A DNA stretch of 63,991 bases, counting the filler, from Stramenopiles sp. TOSAG23-2 (Eukaryota): NCBI GenBank assembly GCA_900128395.1. It is 3 parts of 3 records of this genome, joined end to end, with 100 filler letters (N's around TTAATTAATTAA, not from the genome) between each part and the next. Parts side by side here need not be neighbours in the genome. Positions count along the whole stretch, not along the records: positions 22,015 to 43,919 come from LT649524.1; positions 44,020 to 63,991 come from LT649566.1; 1 more part is not named here. The stretch is one strand, 5' to 3'. Both the position numbers and the translations under genes were made by a program. The notes below the pieces were generated by a model. That model ran no database searches. It saw only the letters and a list, made by a program, of their open reading frames with translations, and was not told the origin of the DNA. Below are positions 37,401 through 44,363 of this stretch, in pieces (position 1 is the stretch's first letter; each line of letters begins with the position of its first letter).

Positions 37401-37757
37401 AAATGATGAAGCTGCATCTTCTACCAAAATTATTTTATTAACATCATTCTCTTTTAGATACAATTCTATATCCTGAAACATTTGAAAGACCCATTGTTGG
37501 CCTTTCTTATTTGCAGCAATATCAACTTGCGTAATCAACACACCATCATACTCTGTTTTAAAAATTTCTTCAATAGTATGATGATTTAATTCATCTTCGT
37601 CTAATGCTAACATTGAAAATTCACCAACAAAAAGGGGAGGTTTATCTTCATCCGTTAATTTTCCTGCTCCACCTGTCAACTTCGATTTGCTAAGAGCATA
37701 TTGATGCACTAACCGTTTAATGCCATTTATATTCATATTTGATTTAAGAATAGCCAT
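25488..37757 (-). CDS. Giant membrane GT4 glycosyltransferase (fungal Gtb3/bacterial PelF-like) with an internal PH domain and a C-terminal RhoGEF DH-PH, 4089 aa
   Basis: Multi-TM block at about 34920-33160. PH-like GWFECR..RWSKRFFVL...WRAKIEEGI at about 30860-30545. DSGTWPMDGGGVASCRRD at about 29025-28970. PelF-like HATHHG and DHGVLWRER, and the GT4 E-x7-E motif NSSLSEGLPLALGEAG plus VVCTDVGG at about 27780-27695. DH start KRSLLVNEVVKFEQAFLNDI at about 26670 with LFSYLYLPISHV, followed by PH-like LYVFKDILVLAK. Confidence 0.85.
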   Translation of the reverse strand: MAILKSNMNINGIKRLVHQYALSKSKLTGGAGKLTDEDKPPLFVGEFSMLALDEDELNHHTIEEIFKTEYDGVLITQVDIAANKKGQQWVFQMFQDIELYLKENDVNKIILVEDAASSFANDNFDIQNTVDGIVMYNPTMDMDGNLKPFFGERYNNIQNLTRLLKDVTSRRQNFVVIGLEVFSNEDCIDPSAIKRFFRRSWAGDIQMACTICTDPTFTDPKAVFNDASKSGSAILSVVDMLTEGVGKSIGDRVRNLIKNRGYTSVASSSQVTRKWNPETCLRPDNNNNYTVDTRELIAGLTTALTDQEYNYKLKKEDEDASPLKIKPVVAVIKEANMTKFSPEGKLGQKKTHRRWSFLSQTPESPQKQGGRHSRHWSAHAGNGGNVQSSVRRRGSSYDYMSMSTKSSRSSSTSSGRSSWHQLENDPGFAPNQLEKPMLFLNTINDDGLQDIGEGEEEEEEEEGEEEHEDKKEEVIKKDGIKKKNTEKLIKSAHMLDNIYAVDSPVKDCGGQKEFGTRCTMNDFEEVLGLLRLLRSNNCLGNLSEQTEREVYVGSDWKNVKKKEYSPTFNEILKELDAIYLGANHDIQTALSPILTVSKLVADLRRELTETSADGVYKKVHLWSAYPRAFSTVENGRGRSRRFFSLHEVTPYGIHIFISSSHVNPVEAVLHSYAQARGFDHPECVLLELLGSKKLKKAKSPLLPDRIYNQIKNASYEELAMMVHRTSRVIHKTKKRHHNKMIERVLIELARGIRDEADHFLLDTVNSKQRAKRWGTIPFGLVIENIVTTVPSDVSRDDLNSIDKKLLDVLVHLVKRACWKEEDMRQLNRLIGEITRCTREGVPMIDDILAIQLHLLCAMRMVAISEMNISVRDMDAFPIRDADIIVVLIEMIGLDEDVINCAFDMSRRETGKLLYEYIRSQMVQEEPPSFIFKPKKKEIKDEESKYSKYASGMFFSISTLLEICLVLTTGDGLFASMAMSDDEKSIASVAMLLAFVICGAVNASIGRVGSYYMFQYSFDVAIVTVTERVMMGCIMMLLGATMCSIVCGLYMQNFIYALYFFGYSFGFGTYLLMLAALTTIRIHPVWMSSGGRVLLFASAVLAIPSLLIQGSKGDNRFGTEWIAPTYIGFIFLVDVMMIIFFRRICYARSQSFNNLSVPSQKQLDEWAATFCRERPELQPGNAATNNDAVDPSAAKKLEAKRKHDLRQYFCLQVEKAIKRRSQFVLKLPKWFPINPCVDYLDPVQSRAVAQRAKLFAKEHLLMKWYCLQSSKEANTQPFSSDWDSTLKEAIGAVTVKQMTDIGIRGGILFDFEGPEMLYGMCYFIFIFLDRFAFLFSGRGAFLFVGDPTSGYTQGMLWATVFLMLTSAYLELVVPKITSFNTTFKGRTYNKAEAASDGSIGNLIQERFEHKKKIYFSEVRNLSFLAIICYFFTLGLCIWHSQTAYKGEFGAQHPIVIFTIGCFGYVGLIFALFNKLFMSTSASNWTGARLVGLVYGIIAGLLGGIIFLRLTGASGSAVAATVIGGWTYGIYSIYSIQINHLSSIAAYGADHKLLSPTMQTSGQSWIGAKKCKLPSEQRKMSTKLAKLQKKVLITQDTNLGKYVLKVIHDSITFVEDAAEKINKNNLSIEGTLRSFINDANGENYVKKILKVAEAFLSNNEADIEKEMSSWVKMNKDSVGSSRSIVANDDIEQYIKSTSILIVPDNEMVVDRAHGEGYSAISSYTDSPENTLTDNILFIYIGVPWETYKKSANRPSSNKNNIFLAKALAESFVHEVAESIMGTSHSLACLAELAVHDSHSNPKLSPDGNENNEEMDAESLLPMRILCQLRLMPPSMLYILDEDTEFRVFKASGLGMDFDNDWQTMSHPVRHLILAIIYGIDTCYDDEGLATLFKTLQKNMGTKVFQGAIFSAIDYLTDVDSPEGMKFIVAKELGSEELLTFDKSNLLSKRIMRRVVIRALGTITMTRRIGTAARMLLKRRMASITENAGSEKWGYNPLRPDAESKFSTSGDIEAFDNFEEFLEIDHRLSMKAESSIMWHFFVMFEMLVLSHRGDNDFPREASYLLKQTKLNWLFKNILNTYLINVFKLASSLKQKVFWKIIWNLKEQVQTLHASWDGLDRTIFFGESHKLFCVLDESVRLCRVGYFDKTRTGNTVVRQYEQLRNKIISGNQKFGSAYLPKGEEIVKKTKAALMSETFYAERNDGGSKLPFGRLEKQIIYKKGKVEQEKFFEYSHEYEICPSGVEIVDNQGLLIEKEFYDKEGRIIKANIFKRRHGMFKVGHDSKHYGKKKAGDNSKQEELLTMGWFECRTIRRYGYSRWSKRFFVLPPNGPLFYYRSDVAFRDDSKAFESKFDLTGLVWKDHSGRHKNNGIPFSSLYSLRDKRDILQFMIKSTVESMNWRAKIEEGIKIAFKEHRSEMLKIKLSPEEALAMRKSKMRASKKDEEMSKNRGGIAGLGAHKFSVTSKRSVITMTDKSNQEIEDELNDMVEIKASYFHDESHHPARSYAYRSVYECKRDNWTLVVNHHHTKDGERFLTSRVQSVMFRWDNDIFLTKFTYRHAKEPSTKTVKLTRERIEVPDEEETEKKDRSSKRSSVKNRFNSMMRKSKNFMNELSEEFTDAINVNSTTLSGDLSRSSRKFSKVSFHNRGLSMRQRSATEGMSAKKKTLTRNLSRDEKKQHKKTLGHTTSQLKLVDTAAERQTAYRRRRKTKEITYEIEHEIPSFVKDDPYGLIGVNENLLKDNFSQKESASNVYNDDIALYSLQRLQQHRSWKTCYLKKSRKIHFKTGNKRTGVKRTSLWEMWNTEHGKLAGIHCQLLDEFLLRDEPTLKDYWKLRDSCKTDDAVDALRKDMGGILSATYIKPLPGVRSRLAMRLSDLEIMGRGGESINIAQNTKKTSDDGEDEDKSFTHLRVLGLDSGTWPMDGGGVASCRRDVVMHVQNVAWNMVAEVGNDMKVVQKSYQVEENVETINFVPLWGNDFGSPYETVRGDQPVCKMQMEVYKTTDDVIKTYFVPMVQKLAVGCAKSVFTEVEVASYTQNFVNLWTYFQHFDWQTSWEHKLVRQAWMKQWKVLHDVMVANAEGQHPMMTCEDPQLEDFNMALSLFIHFLEILSCPLPDYDIPVAHATHHGIQTILAVVAKEKRGTSLAVWDHGVLWRERLRAISGFRGFPLFARNALIGLNRLCVHVVFNSADCIVPCCETNVSWEAWMGSLRGNNGLEVMMRRKIFPVINGMETNRFVVLRDNEAQLPTVVMLSHVYELKGVKDAIQAAAIIVNVYKITKYRLKIYGSLDKDVAYTSECRDLISSNNLGSNVFLCGFGNAKLVLTEGWIFLNSSLSEGLPLALGEAGLAGLPVVCTDVGGSKEVVTGPGGVFGAIVPPRRPDKIAIAQLEVMAMLGPIGKLVEEEASGVPSKTFADFAGKQESDWINRMEKVRKLRRKVGMKFREHVQRYFTAKRYIDEHTATLWVSAWMKQQRDKRNPNLNVQQSKADKTAHIIALLKESKIKLDKEERIEASEYSVRMIEHELELFAKSMNERIEDLNHALRNNNIKDESIDGTITSLKEVSVNVQNDIKKVQGDVSNLKSILSTMGRVEEDFITIQKKIEEEEEEKRLRQERKQIEKEESKGISKEDVIAEVEEGKEEGEESGKVGVENKKEGEEPHTFRKRGLTIKVGSDAPATTTTIHGGTDQNILGEMTPISMQKRSLLVNEVVKFEQAFLNDIETAWEIYFKPLCDIKLEDEHISNPKSLSHRLHLWLNNFRHVIRIHKGFINSLDDAGISDNAELASKVVGELILDLIPAFRHHVTYTMKFKNLLDRMSTLCKGEEKQIAYRVFYEADANTKSKMNLFSYLYLPISHVVNFAAKIEVIFDFTPKFHDDYDNWLEAYEQIKVLSTQVDRWKDMCEILKDKSLVQYEFGFDADILSNHVYQTVARVKIMEDIEGVEKDGAYCLYVFKDILVLAKVIDDNKRKKVIKLIRLDDNFVAETFENKNSIFCLRLKPSVGESSNWTFQILVDDDDSNGKEETKELKREITHLAVHFDNKRIESKSTFRQYMRLGKNKGWSHAFLKIKSAKNLMGGSVAKKRSESDVVTNKAFV

Positions 37758-37857
37758 GTCAACCGTACATAATTTCTTAATACTTAAACTTTTTCAATAA
37801 TATTATTACTAATTGATATTACACATCCAGGATCACCAATGAGTATACCGTTAAGTA

Positions 37858-38325
37858 TTATGTATTTCTATTATTATTATTATTATTATTATCATTGTCC
37901 ATTTCTAGTTCCTCACTTAAATTTAATAACATTTTTGCATCATTTTTAAATGAGTCCGCCTCGTCGATCGTACCAAAATATTTTACAACTTTCTTTACTT
38001 TAGACAATCTAACTTTGAGATCCTCTGTTGATAAAAATTTTAATTTTTCTTCCATTTTGGAGTCAATGGATGCAGGTGTATTAACATTATACAATCCATG
38101 AAAAGAATGTTTTTTATCACTTAAATTTTCTAAACCATGTTTTGCTAAAATATCTTTCTTTTTCTTTTCATCTTCAATAATTTTTTCAAAGGATTTCAAT
38201 GCTTCTTTTCTTTCTAAATATTTGGACCAATTATAGAAAACAATAAGAATCCCTGTGATTGTTAAGAAAAATGTTAACGATGCATAATATCTACCTTCGT
38301 TATGATATGCATATTGTTCATCCAT
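37858..38325 (-). CDS. Small single-pass membrane protein (hypothetical)
   Basis: 155-aa ATG ORF with a hydrophobic helix YYASLTFFLTITGILIVFY and a poly-Asn tail; it stops 100 nt before the GT4 start codon. Confidence 0.6.
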   Translation of the reverse strand: MDEQYAYHNEGRYYASLTFFLTITGILIVFYNWSKYLERKEALKSFEKIIEDEKKKKDILAKHGLENLSDKKHSFHGLYNVNTPASIDSKMEEKLKFLSTEDLKVRLSKVKKVVKYFGTIDEADSFKNDAKMLLNLSEELEMDNDNNNNNNNRNT

Positions 38326-39181
38326 TTTTGTTGTTGTTGTTGTATTATTATAAAAGGAAGTTGATGGTGGTATTTTAGGGATGGGGAGAAAAATTAATTT
38401 TTAAAAGTTAAACAAACGAAAAGATGTGTTATATGAATTAAAAGTATGTTAACAATGATGAAAATATGATTATGATTGATATTTGTTGCAGATGTAATAT
38501 GATAAAATGTGTATATATATAGATACAAATTGTTTTGTTTTGTTTTTTCATCACTACTTGTGCAATTTTATGATGATGAGGAGTGCAGGACACAATTTTT
38601 TAGGCACAGCAGATAGAATTCTGTGCCTAATTCATAAAAATTGTTCAGATTGGTTGAGATGATTATTTACTGTATCTTCAACATCCAATGGTGCCCTGTT
38701 GCCTGGACCGATTAAAATAATAAGACTGAAAAGACAGATTTTACGAAAATTTAATTTATACGAACTGGACATGTACCTATTATAATACCGTGAAAATTAA
38801 CCTTTTCGGAAATTATTATGAATATTATATTTTTTTACAATTATAACATAGGGATAGGGTTATATAGTAATGTAAATATGAATTTATTGGGCTTATTTTT
38901 ATTTTCAAAATGCAAATTTAAATAATTATTTTATTTTAATCATCAGTGTGCCGCCAGTCTAAGTCGTCGTTATCGTCTCGTCTTTTCTTTCTGTCCAATG
39001 TCCTTTTACTATGTATATGGTGATGTAATTGTTTCAGCGTAAAAAATCAAATAATTCCACAGAAAATATCTTTTTCGTATTTCGTCCAGTTTGTTTCGGG
39101 AACTTTATGAAGCATTCACAAAAAACATATCATCCGAACGTTAGCATAATATATATTTAAACAACAACAACAACAACAACA

Positions 39182-39397
39182 ATGAAAATATCAGCATCAA
39201 TATTAGCGTTGATTGCATTCGTTGCAATATTTATGGCCGTTCCTACCGAAGCACGACTAGGGCGTCGGCCACGCTATCCATGCTATTGTAGAGGTATTGG
39301 ATGTTGTGGGGGTATTCCGAATACGGGGCCAATACCACACTACAATTTCGACGAGGAAGACGAAGATGTAGGAGGGGCAATTGTAAGTTTTCTTTGA
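39182..39397 (+). CDS. Small secreted Cys/Arg-rich peptide precursor (3' end possibly spliced)
   Basis: Good start context (ACAACAATG), signal peptide MKISASILALIAFVAIFMAVPTEA, then RLGRRPRYPCYCRGIGCCGG and the acidic DEEDEDVG. A GTAAGT donor lies at 39383. Confidence 0.6.
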   Translation: MKISASILALIAFVAIFMAVPTEARLGRRPRYPCYCRGIGCCGGIPNTGPIPHYNFDEEDEDVGGAIVSFL

Positions 39398-40152
39398 TAT
39401 TGACTTATCCGATGACTGGCCTAACTATGGCACTGGAAAGGGTATTTTATTGTTGGAGAAGAGCAAAGTAAAAATTGTTGGTAACAGTGTTATATTGGAC
39501 TATATTGGAAAAGGAGCTGCAGAAATACATTCAGAAATAAATATGGGCAACAAAACTATTAGAAATTTGGAAAGGTTAAATGAAGAGTTACAGGAAAATG
39601 TTAAAGAAGCAAATAAAAGACATGACACATTTAAAGACAAGGCAATAGAGCGAGTTAATATTAATACATTGGTTTTTGGAAGCATGAGTGTTTATAATGG
39701 TAATATTTTCCTGTAATGCTATTCCAATGGTAAAATATATATACTTTTTTTTAAGGATTGCTGGATCGTCAAAATATACGAGTAATTTTTTTTGTTTAGA
39801 GGTACAGGTGAAAAGTCTAGGACCTAGATTAAGGTACAGGTGTACAGGTAGAGTACGATACAAAGCATGATGTGTATTTTAAAATTGTATTTTTAATAAA
39901 ATATTTTAAAATATTTAATTTACGCATCATAAATTTACTCGTACCTTTTTTTATTTTTTTAACACCTAACAAAACTTTTCTCCACTCTCTCGACACATTT
40001 TTTTTTCAGATCATCTTTTTATACCTTGTATTTTTTTGATAGTACTAAATGATATCATAAAAGTAGCTTGTATAATGTCTCCTGGCATATCATATGATAT
40101 ATCAATAATATATACACACAAAGTATATACCTTTAAAATATAGTTCATACAT

Positions 40153-41547
40153 TTACTTCTTAGTATCAAACAATTCGGATACAGATTTCCTTGCATGTAC
40201 TCGTAAAATTGCATTTGCTAACAATTCCCCTACAGATAATTGTACTAATTTCTCATTTGATTCCATATGCTTTGGCAATGGTACGGTATTAACAACTAAT
40301 ACTTTTTCCATACATGAATTACGGATACGTTTATCAGCTGGACCTGAAAATAATCCATGAGAAGCAAATGCATATACTTTACGTGCACCATATTTTTTAA
40401 TATTTTCTGCTGCTTTGCATAATGTACCAGCTGAATCAATCATATCATCTACTATAATTGCATCGCAACCTTCAACACTACCAACTAAATCCATCCTTGC
40501 AATTTCACCAGCTTTTTGACGTTGTTTAATAATCATTGCAACACCTGGTTCCGTACCTATACGTTTATGCAACGCTTCACCAAATTTTTTAGCACGATAT
40601 ACACCACCAGCATCTGGTGATACTACCACAGGATTTTGCAATGGTGGGTCTAAATTGCCAAAATATTCAACACCAACTTGTGCTGCTTCTAAATTATCCA
40701 CAGGAACACGTGGTCCAAAGAAACCTTGGATTTGGCCACAATGTAAATCAACTGCGATGACTCTATCAACACCCATTGATTCCAATAAACGGGCAACATC
40801 TGCTGCAGAGATTGGAACTCGTGATGTCATTTTACGATCTTGTCTAGCATATCCATAATATGGTATGACAGCAGTAATTCTACGTGCCGATGCACGTCTC
40901 ATCGTACTAACTATTAATAATAATTCCACTAAACTTTCATTTACGTTTGGTGGGCATGTTGGTTGGATTAAATAGACATCTTGTCCACGTACATTTTCAT
41001 TTACCATAACGTTTACCTCACCATCAGCAAAACGACCAACTGTTATATCACCAAGTTTCATTCCTAAATGTTCTGTAATTTCTTCCGCTAATTTATGATT
41101 CGAACCGCCACAAAATACTTTTGCGCGTCGCATTGGGTTAAATCCTTTCTCTTGCCCTGCATCTTCTAAGCCACTTTTATCGACTGGCTCATCATCATCA
41201 TCCTCATCATCATCCTCATTCTGTTCCACAGTATCTTCCGCATTATTATTATTAGCTTTTGCATGTAACACAGAAGCAAATCCAGCGCAAGAGGTTAAAC
41301 AAATAGTAAAAATAGTTGCTGAGGATGAATTATTTTGCTTCGAGCTAAAAGTTGTCACCCTGTTTGTTTTATTAAACGTTGAAAATTGTTTATTTGTACC
41401 TTTGCCAAATTGTTGGTAGTTGGTTCTTTTACTATTTTTCAAAGTATTGGTGAAAAAACGTTTTGACGTAGTGGTAATAGGTTTGTTGGATATTGATAAT
41501 ATTGCATGGCGTTGTGCTGCTAATTTTTGAATAGATGAACGTAACAT
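40153..41547 (-). CDS. PRS: Ribose-phosphate pyrophosphokinase (PRPP synthetase) with a probable mitochondrial presequence
   Basis: Motifs FADGE, ENVRGQDVY, PYYGYARQDRK, DLHCGQIQGFF, VVSPDAGG and IIVDDMIDSAGT. The N-terminus is rich in Arg/Ser/Thr and lacks acidic residues. Confidence 0.96.
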   Translation of the reverse strand: MLRSSIQKLAAQRHAILSISNKPITTTSKRFFTNTLKNSKRTNYQQFGKGTNKQFSTFNKTNRVTTFSSKQNNSSSATIFTICLTSCAGFASVLHAKANNNNAEDTVEQNEDDDEDDDDEPVDKSGLEDAGQEKGFNPMRRAKVFCGGSNHKLAEEITEHLGMKLGDITVGRFADGEVNVMVNENVRGQDVYLIQPTCPPNVNESLVELLLIVSTMRRASARRITAVIPYYGYARQDRKMTSRVPISAADVARLLESMGVDRVIAVDLHCGQIQGFFGPRVPVDNLEAAQVGVEYFGNLDPPLQNPVVVSPDAGGVYRAKKFGEALHKRIGTEPGVAMIIKQRQKAGEIARMDLVGSVEGCDAIIVDDMIDSAGTLCKAAENIKKYGARKVYAFASHGLFSGPADKRIRNSCMEKVLVVNTVPLPKHMESNEKLVQLSVGELLANAILRVHARKSVSELFDTKK

Positions 41548-42419
41548 ATTTGTTTTAATTTTCTATAAATATATATATATATGTATATATATAGTATATA
41601 TCAATTATGACTAATCCAAACCTATGAATGATCCAACCTAAGATGAGGGGAGAATAGATGGATAGAAAAGGGGACGGGGTGATGAAGATGGAGTATTTGT
41701 TATTGTTTTGTCCAATAGATATTCACATTTCTTACATAAAAATGAACCTTTTCCATTAATTATTTTGCCAGTTTGCACTATTCATTACTTGTTGTATTTT
41801 TTTTTCTGGTGTAGTAGTAATTCGACGGCCCGTATCTTTTTGTTTATATAGGGTATTGTTCTGACTGTAGTTATTAGAATATAATGTTGGGGCAGGAATA
41901 TAGCAGGGAAAAAACACAATAATAACAATGCTGGAATGGCAAAAACAGAGGGGCAGAATTTAAAAAATCACAGACTAAATTGACCGTATTCATCAGAGCC
42001 ATATACCACCAATAATACTACTTTAGGAAATCTCAGCTGGGAAGACTCTGCGCTTGCTGGCTTGCCAGCTTGCTTGCCAGCTTGCCAGAGTACTATTAAT
42101 AGTATTTACTATACTTCTTTAACTTCTTATAGCGATCATTGTGCCAGATGATTGCACTATTATTCGGTTTTTTTTTGTTGGAAGAATTATTAAAAAAAAA
42201 AAACAGAAGAAGATGTAGTATATCTTTATCTTTTGTACAGATTGAAAAAGGAGTTATAATACCAAAGTAATTATAGAAGAACGAGTGAATAAAAAAGTAG
42301 ATAGATATCAGTATTGTTAGTATATTTACTTGAAAGTTATTTTTTTACGTGAAAAAAGCAGGAACGGATCCATATATAAATATACAATATTTTGTAAAAA
42401 CAAATATAATTACATCAAT

Positions 42420-43568
42420 ATGATGACAGTTCCAGAAAATAATAATTATAATGAAGACAGTAGAAATAATAATACTGATAATAATAACGAATTGCAAGGT
42501 TTTCATGATTTACCAAAATTTTTACAATTTGGTTTGAAATATACAGCTTCACGGTATAAGAAATCATATATTGTGATACAATTTTTAGTACAATTTGGAC
42601 TACTTATTCCAATATTTGGTTATATGACTAAATCACTACCATTTTCAATAATATTATCTGGGTATTTATTTATATCGAATTTGGCACAAATGTTTGCACC
42701 TGACTTTACAAAAGGTGTATTTCTTGATTTATTATTGAAAGATGCAAAAATAACAAAAAGAATCAATGATAATATGTATAAGTTATGTATTGGATCAATG
42801 GTAACTTTTCTACTTATTTTACCTCCCTTCTTCTTTTACTATATAATAATACCATTTGCAACAGACCCTAATCAAATGCTTGGTCCATCGACATTCGTAA
42901 TAACCCTTCTTATGTCAATTATTGGATATATTGCGATGATTCCCATGTTTATATTAACTAGTTGTCAAACCCTTATCGATCAAGTAAGCTTAGTGCATAT
43001 TTCGACTATTAAAGCATATCTTGAAAAAGTTCGTATTATTATTATGAATAATAATAATAATGTTGAAGAGGATGGGATTCCACTAGTTGATAAATTATCA
43101 AAAGAACAGGAACAAGTTGAAAAATGGATCATGGATATTAATAATGGTATATCATTGTGTAATACTTTACAATTATGCAATTATATGGGAGGATCTATTT
43201 TATTTTTGGTAATTGCAGATGGAGATTATGGTATTGGGCCAACTGTGGGATGTGCTATTACCTCTCTCTTTGCATGGTTGCTGGTTGGTAATGCATTATA
43301 TGCAATTGCAAAACCAAATATGGTTTGGGAACAACAAAAAGTATTATTATTAAACGATGCAAAAGTTATTTTAAATTTAAAATTTCCAAAAGAAAATTTT
43401 GAATCATGGTTACTTTTACATCATATCAATGCAAGCAAAGCATTTGGTACTAAAATAACATTTGAAAAGATGAAGCAAACAGCTGGTGTATTGACATCCT
43501 TATTCGGTATTACGTTGTATTTATTATTACGACATCAATTGAGGAATGTGTGGAATATGTTTGGGTAA
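42420..43568 (+). CDS. Multi-pass membrane protein, gustatory-receptor-like/7TM ion channel candidate
   Basis: About 7 hydrophobic segments, a long helical loop before INNGISL, and a C-terminal helix AFGTKITFEKMKQTAGVLTSLFGITLYLLLR. ATG at 42420. Confidence 0.5.
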   Translation: MMTVPENNNYNEDSRNNNTDNNNELQGFHDLPKFLQFGLKYTASRYKKSYIVIQFLVQFGLLIPIFGYMTKSLPFSIILSGYLFISNLAQMFAPDFTKGVFLDLLLKDAKITKRINDNMYKLCIGSMVTFLLILPPFFFYYIIIPFATDPNQMLGPSTFVITLLMSIIGYIAMIPMFILTSCQTLIDQVSLVHISTIKAYLEKVRIIIMNNNNNVEEDGIPLVDKLSKEQEQVEKWIMDINNGISLCNTLQLCNYMGGSILFLVIADGDYGIGPTVGCAITSLFAWLLVGNALYAIAKPNMVWEQQKVLLLNDAKVILNLKFPKENFESWLLLHHINASKAFGTKITFEKMKQTAGVLTSLFGITLYLLLRHQLRNVWNMFG

Positions 43569-43919
43569 TGATCGAACTTTATGTGAGTTGCTTTGTATTT
43601 CTTATTTTTACGAGATAATTTGGGGAATATGATATATAATGTGGTAAAAGGATTACTGATACGAAGTGTATATTATACGAAGTAGTATTAGTATTTTACA
43701 AATCGCATCGTATTATTAATTTTAAAAAAAATCTTATTTTATTAATTTTAAAAAAAATCTTATTTTTTTTAAACAGGGGCGATATGTTTTACTCGTACGA
43801 AGTAATAATCATTTAAAAAATACATTGATGGTTAAAATCTAAGTTATTAATAATTTTAGTTCCCGTGGTAAATACTACGCTCAATACTCAATCTCAGGAA
43901 TAACATTGTTAATACATGA

Positions 43920-44019
43920 NNNNNNNNNNNNNNNNNNNNNNNNNNNNNNNNNNNNNNNNNNNNTTAATTAATTAANNNNNNNNNNNNNNNNNNNNNNNNN
44001 NNNNNNNNNNNNNNNNNNN
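43920..44019. other. Artificial contig-joining spacer
   Basis: 44 N + TTAATTAATTAA + 44 N, identical to 21915-22014. Confidence 0.97.
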
Positions 44020-44363
44020 ACCAGAGTTGCATGGAGAGCGAAGCTCTCCATGCTATTCCCATTGTGTCCAGTAAGCTGGACATAGTAAGAGATATTTCCT
44101 GGACATAATAAGGAGTGAAAGATGAATACAGTGGATGCGTACCGCGTACCGGTTATTTAAGGTATATTTTTTATTTTTATTTATTGGTTTTTATTTTAAT
44201 TTAAATATTGAAAATATATAAATATCATAATTTAAAATTACAATAACTTGTTGCGTGTTTGTTAAGAACAAAAAAGGCAGGATTATTTGTTATGTTTGAA
44301 AGGAAGATTATTTGTTATGTTTGACTGACATTGTATGTTTATCTATTGATAATAATAACACAT

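Noticed and set aside
1-37757. A single super-cluster linking the NRPS locus with the giant GT4-RhoGEF gene
   Set aside because: They lie on different contigs separated by an artificial spacer, so adjacency is not evidence.
38600-38630. 10-bp inverted repeat TTAGGCACAG/CTGTGCCTAA upstream of the small TM gene
   Set aside because: It is too short and isolated to distinguish from chance or to assign a function.
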